Of a stretch of DNA of 43,625 nt, positions 1 to 12,425 are shown piece after piece. The notes below the pieces were generated by a model. That model did no database searches. It saw nothing but the letters and a program-made list of their open reading frames with translations, and had not been told where the DNA came from. Each line of letters opens with the position of its first letter. The stretch's first letter is position 1. The DNA comes from Macrostomum lignano (Eukaryota), in the NCBI GenBank assembly GCA_002269645.1, contig NIVC01004511.1, positions 1 to 43,625 of the forward strand, in the 5' to 3' direction. The position numbers and the translations under genes were made by a program.

Positions 1-640
1 CTTGACATCTCAGCAATTCCCCCGTAAGCCTTGACATCTCAGCAATTCCCCCGTAAGCCTTGACATCTCAGCAATTCCCCCCGTAAGCCTTGACATCTCA
101 GCAATTCCCCCCGTAAGCCTTGACATCTCAGCAATTCCCCCCGTAAGCCTTGACATCTCAGCAATTCCCCCGTAAGCCTTGACATCTCAGCAATTCCCCC
201 CCGCAAGCCTCGACATCTCAGAATCCCCCCGTAAGCCTTGACATCTCAGCAATTCCCCGTAAGCTCGACATCTCAGAAATCCCCCTAAGCCTCGACATCT
301 CAGAAATCCCCCGTAAGCCTCGACATCTCAGAAATCCCCCGTAAGCCTCGACATCTCAGAAATCCCCGTAAGCCTCGACATCTCAGAAATCCCCGTAAGC
401 CTCGACATCTCAGAAATCCCCCGTAAGCCTCGACATCTCAGAAATCCCCCGTAAGCCTCGACATCTCAGAAATCCCCCGTAAGCCTCGACATCTCAGAAA
501 TCCCCCGTAAGCCTCGACATCTCAGAAATCCCCCGTAAGCCTCGACATCTCAGAAATCCCCGTAAGCCTCGACATCTCAGAAACCCCCGTAAGCCTCGAC
601 ATCTCAGAAACCCCCGTAAGCCTCGACATTTCATAAGCCT
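1..640. repeat. Minisatellite, ~29-bp unit CTTGACATCTCAGCAATTCCCCCGTAAGC (runs off left edge)
   Basis: About 21 copies; variable C-run length; unit drifts to CTCGAC..GAAATC. Confidence 0.95.
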
Positions 641-699
641 CATAAGTCAAATAGCAGCGGCAGGTAAACCAGATTCTTTTGCCATAGGGATTCGAGTTC

Positions 700-1600
700 A
701 GGTCCTTTGTTGCATGAAGGTCAGTATTGTTTCTAAAGAACAGTGAAAACTCAATAGAGAAGACTTCAGACCGCAGTTAGCACTGAGATGGAGAGACAGG
801 AATCGCATCAGCCGAAGTTCTGTTGAGAAATCCCTCAACCCTAATAGCTTGCGACAGCAGTGAATTGCGACCGCTGTCCCAACTGGGACAAAAATGAATT
901 CAGCAATTTCGAAACTTGTCAAGGCTAAGAGAATTGCCGACAGCTCAACACCAACCCGCCCCCACCCCGGTCTAATTTTCAGCGGCCTACAGATGCCTCG
1001 ATCTTCATCCAATATTCGCTGGGATTCCCCAGCTCGAGCTATATCCCGAGATTTATTCAGAATCCGCGCAGATGAGAAATTATCGCATTCAAAGTGACTT
1101 CAGCCAGCCATCCAGGCCCTGTCCATCTCTCTCTCAATGCGGCCAGAGAGTATGACGCAACCTCGTGCCAATAGCTATAAAGTATACAATAGCCTGCGGG
1201 GAGTTACGCTATACGCCTCCCAAGACCCAATTGGGATTTTCAAATCCCCAAGCGAATGGCTAACCCTGTTAGGAAAGGGCCAAGCTGCGAGGCAGCGGGA
1301 GCAGAAGAAAAAGAAATTGAATGCTTCATCCCCTTCCGCCTCTTCTCCCATCCGCTCCTCAAGCTGCAGCAGCAGCATTCGGGGAGCCCTCAAAATTCTA
1401 TGCGCAATAACGAGTTCGCTCTCCAAAGAATCCAACAGAGCTTCCTTAAATCGCAGCACCTCCGCCAGAGACAGGCAAAATTTGAACATCGAAGGCACGC
1501 GAAATTGTGTTGTGCAACCGGAGTCTGAGTAAAAACACACAGCAGCGACACGCGCAGTCACAACAGACCGGGACGAAAAAAATGAAGTCAAAACGATAAA
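700..1600 (-). pseudogene. Decayed DIRS/Ngaro-type RT C-terminus / RNase H fragment
   Basis: HSLGDL...VTPRRLL; GWG...ELSAILLALTSF, similar to the DIRS RNase H LELxA motif and to 13720-13755. Confidence 0.33.
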
Positions 1601-1779
1601 GAATTTTTTTAGCTATCCCCTTCATGGCTGCACACGCTGGACCGCCAATGTCAGCTGTCAGCTCGCCCCCCCCTCAGTGACAATTCCAAGTCAGCTGCCA
1701 CCGCCGACCTCCAGAAGTCGCTAGGGGGATTCGGGCTTAGCAGCTGGCTTTTAAGAGCCTCACCCGCCCCAAGTCAGCC

Positions 1780-2800
1780 AAGGTCAGCCGCAGGCCGGGG
1801 ACCTCGTGTGCAGCAACCCCCGCCAGTCCAACAGAATCAGCGGACTTGATGGTGGCGGGTTGGCCATGAAATTCGTAAGCGTCAATTTCCAGCAGAGGGA
1901 CTTACAGAATTGCAAATTTCCGAGAACTGCAGCCTCCGGGACACCCTGAAATAAGGGAGGCCAAACACTGGCCTCGGCTGCGTGACTTTCCGTGTTGACA
2001 CGGACTCTCGAAGCCGCAGTCAAATCAGGAACCGCTGTCTGTTCCTGCCTGTTTTTAAACAGTTAAAAATCCTTCGAATCTAGCATTGTACTGCTGCATC
2101 TCACTCGCTAGAGTGGCTGATGCTGGCATTTCAAGGAGGCTAATTTTTCAACTTCACATTCATTTGGCCGTCTTGCGATTCACAAGTATGAGTGCGTATT
2201 GGCGCTTTTGTATGCGATTGTAGGAATGGGCAGAATTGGCAGAATTGCCGTCAGCGCTGGTTGCGGGACCATGTGTCGCCAAAAGGCGTTGCGCCAGGGT
2301 GCCCACAACCTTGCTATGAATATCTATTTATTAGGGGTGGTATAGCCGTGTTCTTGGCTGTACCGGTTTGAGAAAGTGGAGAAAGTCAATCCAATTCGAG
2401 AACAGGATGAAGCAGTGCAATATTTGCTCACTGCTCTGCAACAGAATCAGGACTTCACTTCATGATCAGCATTTCATTCATAATAGCCGGCCATTTCGGA
2501 CAATTTGTCAACAGCAAAACAGTCAGTTTTGGGGGCGGGCAGCAGAGATGCAGTTTGATTGCAGCGGTGTCCTAAAACCAACCCCAGTGTGTTGAGTCAT
2601 CCGAAATGCATTCTCAAGGTCAACTTCACTAGGGTAGCAAATATAGTACGCGCAGACAGATGGGATTGGGGTGCGAAAGTGACCGATGGAGCCAGCAGCT
2701 CCCGCACTAGACTGTTTGAGAGCACTAGAACATTTCGACTTAGCCACGGCACATACTAGAGGAGGGAGAGAGACAGAGTCCAATTTCAACTCAATAAGAA
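1780..2800 (-). pseudogene. Decayed DIRS/Ngaro-type reverse transcriptase, interrupted by a SINE copy
   Basis: Motif remnants in order: PLVCAVAKS, VDLENAF, FLHFLKPV, FEGFL (decayed LDDFL), VRVNTES, VLGNLQF, LLDWR. Confidence 0.4.
2172..2325 (+). mobile_element. SINE-like family 2 copy, internally deleted
   Basis: GCGATTCACA..ATGAGTGCGT..GGCAGAATTGCCGTCAGCGCTGG..GCGCCAGGGTGCCCACA matches the family in order. Confidence 0.5.
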
Positions 2801-3399
2801 GGCCGAACTAGTGAGAAAGATGGTACCAGCGACCAGAAGTGCACGCATTGCTGAGACAGTCAGTCCCACTGTTGCCGCGTATTAGTGGGCTCACATATTG
2901 AACTGGAACGAAATTAACTGCATATGCAGGTACGTACGAACTAGGAATCAAAGCAAATACAAAAAGATATCTATTTTGTGAGGATCAAAATGCGCAACGG
3001 CTGATAGGGGATGAGGCTAGGAGGCGGGGTGGTTCGGCCCTGCATTAATGTGTCGCAGAGGGCTGAGAGCGCTGCGGCAGTAACAATAACACAGAGCCAG
3101 CATCCATCCCCATCATGTGTGCCGCAGCGGATGAATCATTGATGCGGCTGGGGAACCGACCGACCCTCTCTTCCCAGGCGGCCGTGCTCAGAACCAAGGA
3201 GGCCTAGAAACAGAAACTGGAGTTGCAGACAACTGTAGGCTGGACCGATGCTTGTAAGCTTAATCCGGTCAATCGGTCAAGGATTAACGTGAACAAAAAA
3301 TTGTAGAAGTCTTAAAAATGAGAAAATTATTAAAACTGCAGTCCAGCCTAAAGTTGTCTATAAATGAGGGGGGTTTGGCCTCCTTGTCGGGAACCCACG

Positions 3400-3900
3400 C
3401 CCCCGCTGTGACTCGCTGGGATCTCTAAAGCCAAGGGGGAAGCGAGTGGGCTTGCTAGTCTAATTTTGGCGGCGCAGGGGCTAGCAAAAAGTGTCTGAGC
3501 ACAATGAAATGCGGTTTTTTTTCTACTCTTGGCTTTGAACAGGGCAATGCAGCGTTGGCAGCAGAAACCTGGGTAGTGCTCAGGGTGGAGGGTAGGGATT
3601 TTCTGGGGACAAGGAACAAAGACCAGTTCCAGACAGAGGGGGTGGGAGATCGGAAAGCGCCTGAAGTTGAGGAGCAGAGCGATAAAATCTCCCAGCAAAG
3701 TAAAAAATCCCCACGTGCCAGCCGGGCCTGAAACTGTCTGGTCCCAAATGGGAGAATGCTGATGAGCGATGACTCATTGGGGACAGGATAAAGAGTTGGA
3801 GCATGGTTGCGGTGGGGAGTCCTGCCCAACCCGTATGTTGCTTTGTTGTTCTGAGTGGCATCGCTCCTAGTTGTCAGCAACTCTGTTAGACAAGTACAAC
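3400..3900 (-). pseudogene. Decayed DIRS-type RT N-terminal fragment
   Basis: EILSL..SGAF...WSLFLVPRKS, then LFKAKS in a shifted frame (compare the DIRS SxLFLVPKK..FKMET motifs). Confidence 0.38.
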
Positions 3901-4620
3901 TGCTCTCTGCATAGTAGTTAGTCCTAATTTTAAAATATCCCACGAAATGGGATCTGCTCCGACTAACTACCAGAGTCCTCAGTAAGCAGGGAGCTGAACT
4001 GCTCATTTACTGCGCAGTGTTCAGGCTGAGCTGAAGCTGAGCTTGACGACCCCAGGGAGCTAAAGCCAGGCGCCAGATGAGAAACGAGCTGAGCAGTCAA
4101 GGACGCGTATCGTGCTCTGTCGGCTTATAGGGCCGAAGCCTTTCTTTCACTCTTAAACAGCGGCGAGGCAGCCAGGCTGATTCCATGCATAGATTTATTT
4201 ACATATTCTATTTCGAATTGTGTACGTACAAGTTGGAATGAAAGTCCATTGCAGGATAGTTTGTACCAGATGCGAGCCGTACATGTTATACTCGTAGCAA
4301 CTTAGAACTACAAGTACAAATTAGACACAGAAATAAGCATCAACTGGGTTAATCCGTACATTAAAAAGTGGCCGCTTTAATCCAAGAGCCATAGATCTCC
4401 ACTCTCTCACCACCAGTCTAAGCTGCGGCCTTGTAACGCAAATTGCATCGCCCACAGTTGAGACGCGAACCGCGGATTGCGTCACTTGGGACTGAGCTCT
4501 GGGAAAATTTGACCACCGGTTTCGGTGGAAACTTTAACATATTACTGAGTATATATTTCATTAAATATTGATGTTTAACATGCGCTACATACTACTGCTA
4601 ATTTTCTTAAGTAGTTCCTA

Positions 4621-4940
4621 GGGGTTGTAGCTTCGTGGTTTGAGCGTCCGACTCACGACTTGAAGGTCGGGGTTCGATTTTCTATTCTACTGGAACAATT
4701 TGTGTCCTTGAACAAGACACTCATTGTCTTTGCTTCAGTTCACCCAGCTGTAAAATGGGTGCCAGCATTAGCTGGGGTAATTGAGGGTGTGTGTGGCGAC
4801 CCCAGTTCTTGGACTGAACAGCCGTACGCAGCCTTCAGATGCGCCATGCAATAGCTGCGGCTGAGCTGTCGGTTGCACATCTGAGTAATTGGGGCAGGTA
4901 AAATCAATCAGTATTATTATTGTTGTTGTTATTATTAATA
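4621..4940 (+). mobile_element. tRNA-derived CORE-type SINE, near full length
   Basis: A-box-like TAGCTTCGTGG, B-box GGTTCGATT (4671), CORE-like GTGTCCTTGAACAAGACAC...CAGCTGTAAAATGGG, (ATT/GTT)n tail. Confidence 0.75.
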
Positions 4941-6349
4941 TTAACCTCCTGTTTTGAACAAGCTCACTTTCATATTAAACAGAACCTCTTCAATTAAGTC
5001 GGAGCCAAAGTGTCTATGGGCAAACCTACATGTTCCAAACTGATTTACTCAAAAAGAAAACCCTGTGCTAAGAGGATCTGTGCTATAAAGAAGAAGACCA
5101 AAAGAGACAGATCTTTTCAAGTCAAACAAAGGCTGAGGCCGGGAATGAAGACAAAGGAAGAAGTGCAAGACGAACCTTAACGATGGCATTTTGCACTGAA
5201 CCGGCGTCCGATTGAGACCAATACTTCAGAACAGGCTGAAATTAAAGGACATCTCGAACAGTAACAGGGTGTTCTTGATCCTAAAACAGCGAACGAAAAA
5301 ATGGGAAAACGAGGGGATTCTAACAATCATTTTTAGCATTGGACCTCAAAAAGGACTTCCTCTTCTTGGACAATCGTGACAACTGGCTGATAGTAAATTA
5401 ATACCCATGCTTTAAGGGCGTTAATGGTAAAATCAGAGGCCGCCGTTAAAGCATGCCTTAAAGCATGGGTATTACTTTTATTGTGCCATAGACATTTGTC
5501 CTTGACAAAGTGGGTACAATGCTTTTTTGTAGCATCGAAGATTTAAACTGCGGCAGGAAATTCCTTCCACACTGGCACTTGTGAAGCACCAGAAGTTCGT
5601 CTCGCTCTATGCAGCGAGCCAGAATCCCTTTGACAGAATCCCTCTCAGAATCCCGCAGGACTGGTGCAGATGAAGAAGCTTGTTCTAAGTTTTAAAAAAA
5701 AATTAATTACAAACCTTGTGTTTTAACGAGGCACGGTCGTGGAATTCTAAACAAAAATTAATTGGGGATTGAGGAGCCTTTGATTACGGCCCCTCATGAT
5801 CTTTGAATTGTTATGATTTTTTTAATCATTAACAGCCTACAATCCCATGTGAATTCAAATATTCAAACGCAGAGTGAGAGTCAAGAGAGCTACAATGTCC
5901 AGGAAAACGACTTTGAAGCTGTTTCTTTGTCTGCCCCTCGGCAGAGAAGTACTCTGTCAGTCATTCTGACGGCCGCAGATCAACAAATGAAGCGGAGGAT
6001 ATTTTATATTTATACTTACTTTTTACGAGCAACGATCAGGTTACATTTCAATCTGCTTTGAGTGACACGCTATTAATCTAGACTTATGCTATACGCTTTG
6101 GTTTCGCCTTTGGTTTGATTCGTTTCACAGGAATCAACGTGTTTATGAAGGGTTCAATAGTCGGCTTTTTCTTGCTTACATGTCTTGATTTAAATGTACG
6201 AGTATTTGTAGTCAAGGTGCTCAAGTGATCAATGCAGCACGATTATTGAGCTGCACTGTAATATAGCAATGTTTTTCTCGTGAATTAAATGACTCCTGTC
6301 AGTACGCAATCAAGAGCCGTTTAATGCACGCCTGAATCGGGTTGCAATG

Positions 6350-7160
6350 CTAATTCAATTGTTTGCCGGGTCTCTTAGATTGTTGCGGGAAAATTAACGG
6401 ATGCATTTGGCTATAATATAGTCGAAAAACATGACAACGATGTGGCGACAAGAACTCTTGCAATGCTTGAATGATTCTCATTTGCAGACCTTCGCTAGTT
6501 AGCTCAGGCAGCACTTTGCTACTGGACGGCGCATCCAAATTGTTAGTCTCCAGAACAAAGCGATTGCATGACTCTTGGGTGACAAAAGCCAATTCGTCCG
6601 TGGAGATTTCATATATTTCTTGTCCAGGAATGTTTTCGTATCGAATCATAGCTCCTTTTTCGATTGGTATTTCGAATAAAAGCCTCACTAGAATAATCCA
6701 ATATACAATAGAGAAAAAAATTAACAGTTAGACAAATCGCCTTCACTGTCCTTTCCAATTACCATAGACGATTGACTGATTATCTTAACTGCTCTTTCAA
6801 AGTGCCATAGACAGAAGAATTGACTAGAAATCCGGTAACACCAACTCCAATTGGCTGCTCCACAGACCCCCTTTCGGGCCATAGACAATGAAAGCAAGTC
6901 TTCAACAGCCTGAATCTCCCACTGTAGGATTTAAATAAACCAGAGAATTCAGAAAAAAAGTAGCGATTGAATTCCTTTAAATAAACAGAAGATCTGCGAC
7001 ACCAGATGGCAATTGTAATGAAGTGGTCTTGTCTTGCCTTCATGGGAAGACGATAGCAAAGAAGTTGCACGATGGCCTTTGCCTCTCTCGGCATCAATTT
7101 AATCACGACCAACCCTCCGATCTGCTCACATTCAGTCTTCAATCCAGCTCCGCGATGCCT
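6350..7160 (-). pseudogene. Decayed Mutator-like (MULE) transposase with a 75-nt intron
   Basis: Across frameshifts, in MULE order: CYRLPM (7041-7058), IVYGPKGGL..LVLPDF, FFCLWHFERAV (CxxH, 6802-6813), ETNN (~6540), MRIIQALQEFL. Intron 6688-6762: GTAATT...CTAAC...polypyrimidine tract...TAG. Confidence 0.55.
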
Positions 7161-7494
7161 GAGAGTTAAAGTCACGGGGATTAGTGAAGAACTGACGAAG
7201 TCGCATCTGCTTTGAACCGAGTGAAGTATGCAGTTCGGATGCTTTTAAATTTAATCTAAGCAGCTACGGATACGCTTTGACCTGACTAGAATATTAAAAG
7301 TCTCCGTTTTCTAAGCTCACAGACTTTCTCCAGGCTTTTACTTGCGTATTAAGACAGGGATGAAACTAATTCAGAACCTAGCTCAGTTTAACTCTGTGTC
7401 GTGAAGCCTTGTGAAATTTAAGCAGTTTGTGAAGCCTCTGGGGTACCGCTTCGTGAGTCATCAAGCCATGGACAGCTAAAGCAGAAGACATTAA

Positions 7495-7834
<340 letters not shown>

Positions 7835-7909
7835 GTCATTCAGAATTCATCATTGTCTCGTAAAGCACACGACTCAATTTAATGTTTCCAGTGGTCAAAT
7901 TATACGTGG

Positions 7910-10117
7910 TGATGTAACCACGCTCTGGTCGCGGGATAGGGCAGGGGAACTTTTTCGAAAGTGCCTCCTATCCCGTGCACCCCCCTGCACAGAGCTGTCG
8001 AGACTCGGCCAGGTCTCCGACCAGGCCTGGAGACTCCCGCTCTGCTGCACCCCCTGCTGCCTTGGCTCCGTCTCTCCTGCCGCCACACTTGCCTTTCCGG
8101 AGCTCCCTGTCCCTCTCTGTACCTCCCCCTCCACCCTATCTCCCCTGCGCTCTACCCTATTCTTCTTGTACTCTTCCTGTCCCCTCTCTTTTTGTCTCTC
8201 TCTGCACTATTTTCCTGCGCTATTCCCCCTTTTTTGCGTCTACTTACAGTATTTTGTGTGCTCACCGTCTCCCCATCCCTTCTCAAACTCCCAAACGGTG
8301 ACGCAAGTCGTGTGACCCCTTCTTCCCCTCGATGACTCATCGATGACTCACCCCCTCCCTTGCGCAACCTTTTCTCACGCCATTGTTCTCCTCCCCAAAT
8401 TTCTCATGCGACACCCACCCCACCTCCGCTTCTATTGTTCTCGTTTTTGATTCTTTTGTTCTCTCGACCCCCACCAATTATCACATTTTCTCCGATTTTC
8501 TCTTTCTTTTGTTCTCGTTTTCGCACCTAATTATCACCTTTTCTCCAATGTTTGCTTTTCTATTGTTCTCGATTCTCCCCAATTATCCCCGATTTCCGAT
8601 TCCTTTGTTCTCGACCCCAGCCCCATTGTTCGCAATGTTTGCTTGCACAACACTTTCGCGACCACCCGCTGCGCCAATTATCCCCCCACCCGGTGCCGGA
8701 TTGCGCAATTCTCCCATTTCTCATGTTGCTATGCCGGTCTCATGCTTCTCATTATGACTCATTCTGACGTCATTCTGCTGGCAGCCAATCAGAGAGAGGG
8801 AGTCATGGTAACGACCTTGGAGAGGCGGCTGTGAAGGCTATAAAAAGAAGCGATTTCGGCATGAGAATCCTCAGACGGTTTGTCTCCTCGTCCTTCTTTG
8901 GACTTGCGGTCAGACACTGCTCTGACCTTCCCGTCTATAAGACGAACCCCTGCCGGTCCGCGGTCTGTTACCGCCAAGTTATCTTCAGCTCCCCAAGCGA
9001 GCTCGCCTATCGGCCAGCGGTCTGATACCGCCCAGCATCATCAGCATCGCCTGATCTACATCAGCGCCTCGTCGCTTCAGCGCATCGCCGCTTCACTGTC
9101 CGCCTGACTGCAGCCTACAGCCGCCCTCGGTCACTCCGTCTCTCTCTCTCTCTCTGTGCAGCTGCCGGTAAGTTCCTGTTACTGATTTGTGCTCTAATTG
9201 CCTTTGCTTATCCGGAGTTTGCCTATTTTTCCATTGTCTGATTAGAGAGCTGAGCCAGTTGTGATACCGTACCTTTTGCTGTATTTTTACTCAATAGTGA
9301 AGCCGCCTAATTGCCTGATTATTTGCCTAAGGGCCTAATTATTAACTATTAACTAACTTCATCATTATTCACTCTTTCACCATCCTTTCACTCATGGCTT
9401 GCTAAGCCTTTCTCCCGGGGTGGCAAAGCATAGGGAAGTTTGGGTAAGCTAATGGCCTCTCCTCGTGCAAGGCTCGCCTGTGAGTGCGGGCTGCGGGGCC
9501 GTGCGTGCGTGCAGTGGAGGGTGATTAGCGAGTCTTGGCACAGAATGGCAGTAGGAAGGTTGCAACCCCATGCTGACGCGTCCCTTCGCCCTGAGCAATC
9601 TAAACTAGAGACAGTACATGTTCGCCTCATACTACTCTTAGTAATCAAAGTCGCAAGTCAGCCTCGCTCACAGCCACAAAGGATCCCCTGCTGAGAATCC
9701 TCCAGATTGAGCCCAGAGTTCCCGATCATGCCCCAAGCAGAGTCCCTGTACTCGGCTGCATGTGTCTCCCCTGTTAGCCTAAATCCCCTGGTAACCAATA
9801 CAGGCGGGGCTCTAGCCTCGAGAGGTCTGGTAGAAAGATCCAGGTGCGCCAGGTCACATAGAGTGGTGGCAGCCACTCGGTCATACTATGACCGAGTGAC
9901 CAACTATTGCACCTTGGCTACAGGTGGGGTCCATGTGGGTCCTTGGCCCTCTGGTCACGAAGCGCTACCAAAGCTATCAATCATGTGGGCGGGACAGTCT
10001 GGTGCTGGAGGTCCGTCAGGTCATTGCCCCGGTCATAGGCAGCCTACGGTCATTGCCCCCTCTAGTCGTGCGTTCGTCTTTCTACGGAGCGGACAGGCGA
10101 CAAGGGCGGTTACATCA
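7910..10117 (+). mobile_element. Solo-LTR-like element, 2208 bp (probably Ty3/Gypsy)
   Basis: Termini TGATGTAACC (7910-7919) and GGTTACATCA (10108-10117) form a perfect 10-bp inverted repeat with TG..CA ends. They are flanked by the direct repeat GTGG (7906-7909, 10118-10121). Internal promoter motifs; no coding capacity. Confidence 0.65.
8333..8846 (+). promoter_or_regulatory. Pol II promoter inside LTR: AP-1 x3, CRE, CCAAT, TATA
   Basis: TGACTCA at 8333, 8344 and 8755; TGACGTCA 8765-8772; CCAAT 8785-8789; TATAAAAA 8839-8846, all in canonical order and spacing. Confidence 0.6.
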
Positions 10118-10811
10118 GTGGCTCAACTGACTGTGATAAAAACTACCCTAGTGGCTCTGAGCGTTGGCTGATTACCAGATTCTGCCTGCCGATGTGAGCG
10201 GAGGAGCAAGTCGGAGCAGGTAGGCAGAGAGGCAGCACAGGGAAGGAGATGCGGCAATAAGATTGATCCAACTTAGTTTGGCGATCGCACTCCGCCAGAT
10301 GTCGCCCATTCCTTCCCTCTGCATGCACAAAAGATTGGCTAGACTTTTTTAATATTATTATACATCAGCTTTTTAGCGTACAAAGATTCAGTGTTTCTCT
10401 AGAAAAACTCAGGCAGCTAATTCTGGAATAAGGTCTTTGCGCATTCAGGGATGAATTTAGTGATAAAATCAAGGATGAACACCATGGATAAACTCAGAAG
10501 GGAACTCGGGGATGTACTCAACAAGGCGCATTTGGGAGTGAATTCAGGTGAGATCACACGTGAAATCAGGAAAGAAGCCAGTGATATGCGAGCCAAATTT
10601 ACTAGCGCATTTACTGCTGCACTGATGTTCGCGTCCAGCAATGCCCACTAGCGGGAAAGAAAGCATGCGCTTCAGAGGCGTCAAAATGCTTTTTCACTCG
10701 GCGTTAGAAAACGGCTTTTGTCTCTGCTACTCTTACCTTAAAATTACAGCCTTCAACACCTGTACGTGCAGCGTCAAATGTCTCACATTATCCTTTTTGT
10801 TTAAAGGCAAC

Positions 10812-11240
10812 CATGGAATCCTAGATCTGGAATGTGGACTGGGAACTGTTTTCTAATGCAAGTGTTCATGGAATCCTAGATCTGGAATGTAGACTGGGAA
10901 CTGCTTCCAAATGCAAGTGTTCGTGGAATCCTAGATCTGGAATGTGGAGTGGGAACTGCTTCCAAATGCAAGTGTTAGTGGAATCCTAGATCTGGAATGT
11001 GGACTGGGAACTGTTTTCTAATGCAAGTGTTCATGGAATCCTAGATCTGGAATGTAGACTGGGAACTGCTTCCAAATGCAAGTGTTCGTGGAATCCTAGA
11101 TCTGGAATGTGGAGTGGGAACTGCTTCCAAATGCAAGTGTTAGTGGAATCCTAGATCTGGAATGTGGACTGGGAACTGCTTCCAAATGCAAGTGTTCATG
11201 GAATCCTAGATCTGGAATGTGGAGTGGGAATTGTTTCCAA
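10812..11240. repeat. 55-bp minisatellite with a 3-unit higher-order pattern
   Basis: GGAATCCTAGATCTGGAATG recurs every 55 bp; about 7.5 units. Confidence 0.95.
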
Positions 11241-11594
11241 AGTCTGAACGTGTTTCCATGAACAAAGTGATATTCTGCTACTGGCTCCCTTTCAAAAAGT
11301 TCACACTTGACGATGCTATCAGTCGGTTCCATCTGGCATTCAAAAGTTCGTGAAGGCATTCATTAGTGCACAGACAGTTCTGAGGTTCGTCCTGTAGTTA
11401 AAGTTTGCCGGTCTGAAGTGTCCCTGGAGAAAATACAGGCTGGTAAACGAAAGCAAGGGATAGAAGGGGGCTAAAATTGATCTTTCCTGGGCTCTGTAGG
11501 GAAGGCTGTGTTTGCTAAACTTAAAAATCATTCGTTTTCACTGAGGGGCAACGTGCAATCGTCAGATTCAGACTCAAAAACAAAAGAAAATCAA

Positions 11595-12425
11595 AGAATG
11601 TACACTCACCGGAAGGATTTAAACTACACCGGAAGGATGTACACTACATCAGAAGGATGTACACTACATCAGAAGGATGTACACTACATTAGAAGAAAAT
11701 ATACTACATTAGAAGAACCTACACTATATTAGAAGAATGTACATACATTAGAAGGATGTACACTACATCAGAAGGATGTAAACTACATCAGAAGAATGTA
11801 TACTACATCAGAGGAATGTAAACTACATCAGAAGAATTTACACTACATCAGAAGAATGTACACTACATTAGAAAAATGTAAACTACATCAGAAGGCCGTA
11901 CACTACATCAGAAGGATGTACACTACATTAGAAGAAAATACACTACATCAGAAGAATGTACACTACATTAGAAGAATGTACATACATTAAAATAATGTAC
12001 AGTACATTAGAAGAATGTACACTACATTAAAAGAATGTACATACATTAGAAGGATGTACAGTACATTAGAAGAATCTACACTACATTAGAAGAATGTACA
12101 TACATTAGAAGGATGTACACTACATCAGAAGGATGTAAACTACATCAGAAGAATGTATACTACATCAGAGGAATGTAAACTACATCAGAAGAATGTACAC
12201 TACATCAGAAGAGAGTACACTACATTAGAAAAATGTAAACTAAATCAGAAAGATGTACACTACACCAGAAAAATGTACACTACATCATAAGGATGTACAC
12301 TACATCAGAAGGATGTACACTACATCAGAAGGATGTACACTACATCAGAAGGATGTACACTACATCAGAAGGATGTACACTACATCAGAAGAATGTACAC
12401 TTCATCAGAAGGCCGTACACTACAA
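11595..12425. repeat. 20-bp minisatellite ACACTACATCAGAAGGATGT
   Basis: Direct reading, degenerate copies. Confidence 0.95.

Noticed and set aside
3728-3790. Hammerhead ribozyme cores (CTGATGA...GAAA) here and at ~13953 and ~24803
   Set aside because: Stems I-III cannot be paired around the cores.
4621-4690. tRNA genes at 4621, 15110 and 20862
   Set aside because: Only A/B-box heads without a full cloverleaf, fused to repeat bodies; these are SINE heads.
5300-5600. Possible pogo/Tc1 DDE remnant (FLFLDN...VLDKVG...FK)
   Set aside because: Motif similarity is too weak and fragmentary to support a call.
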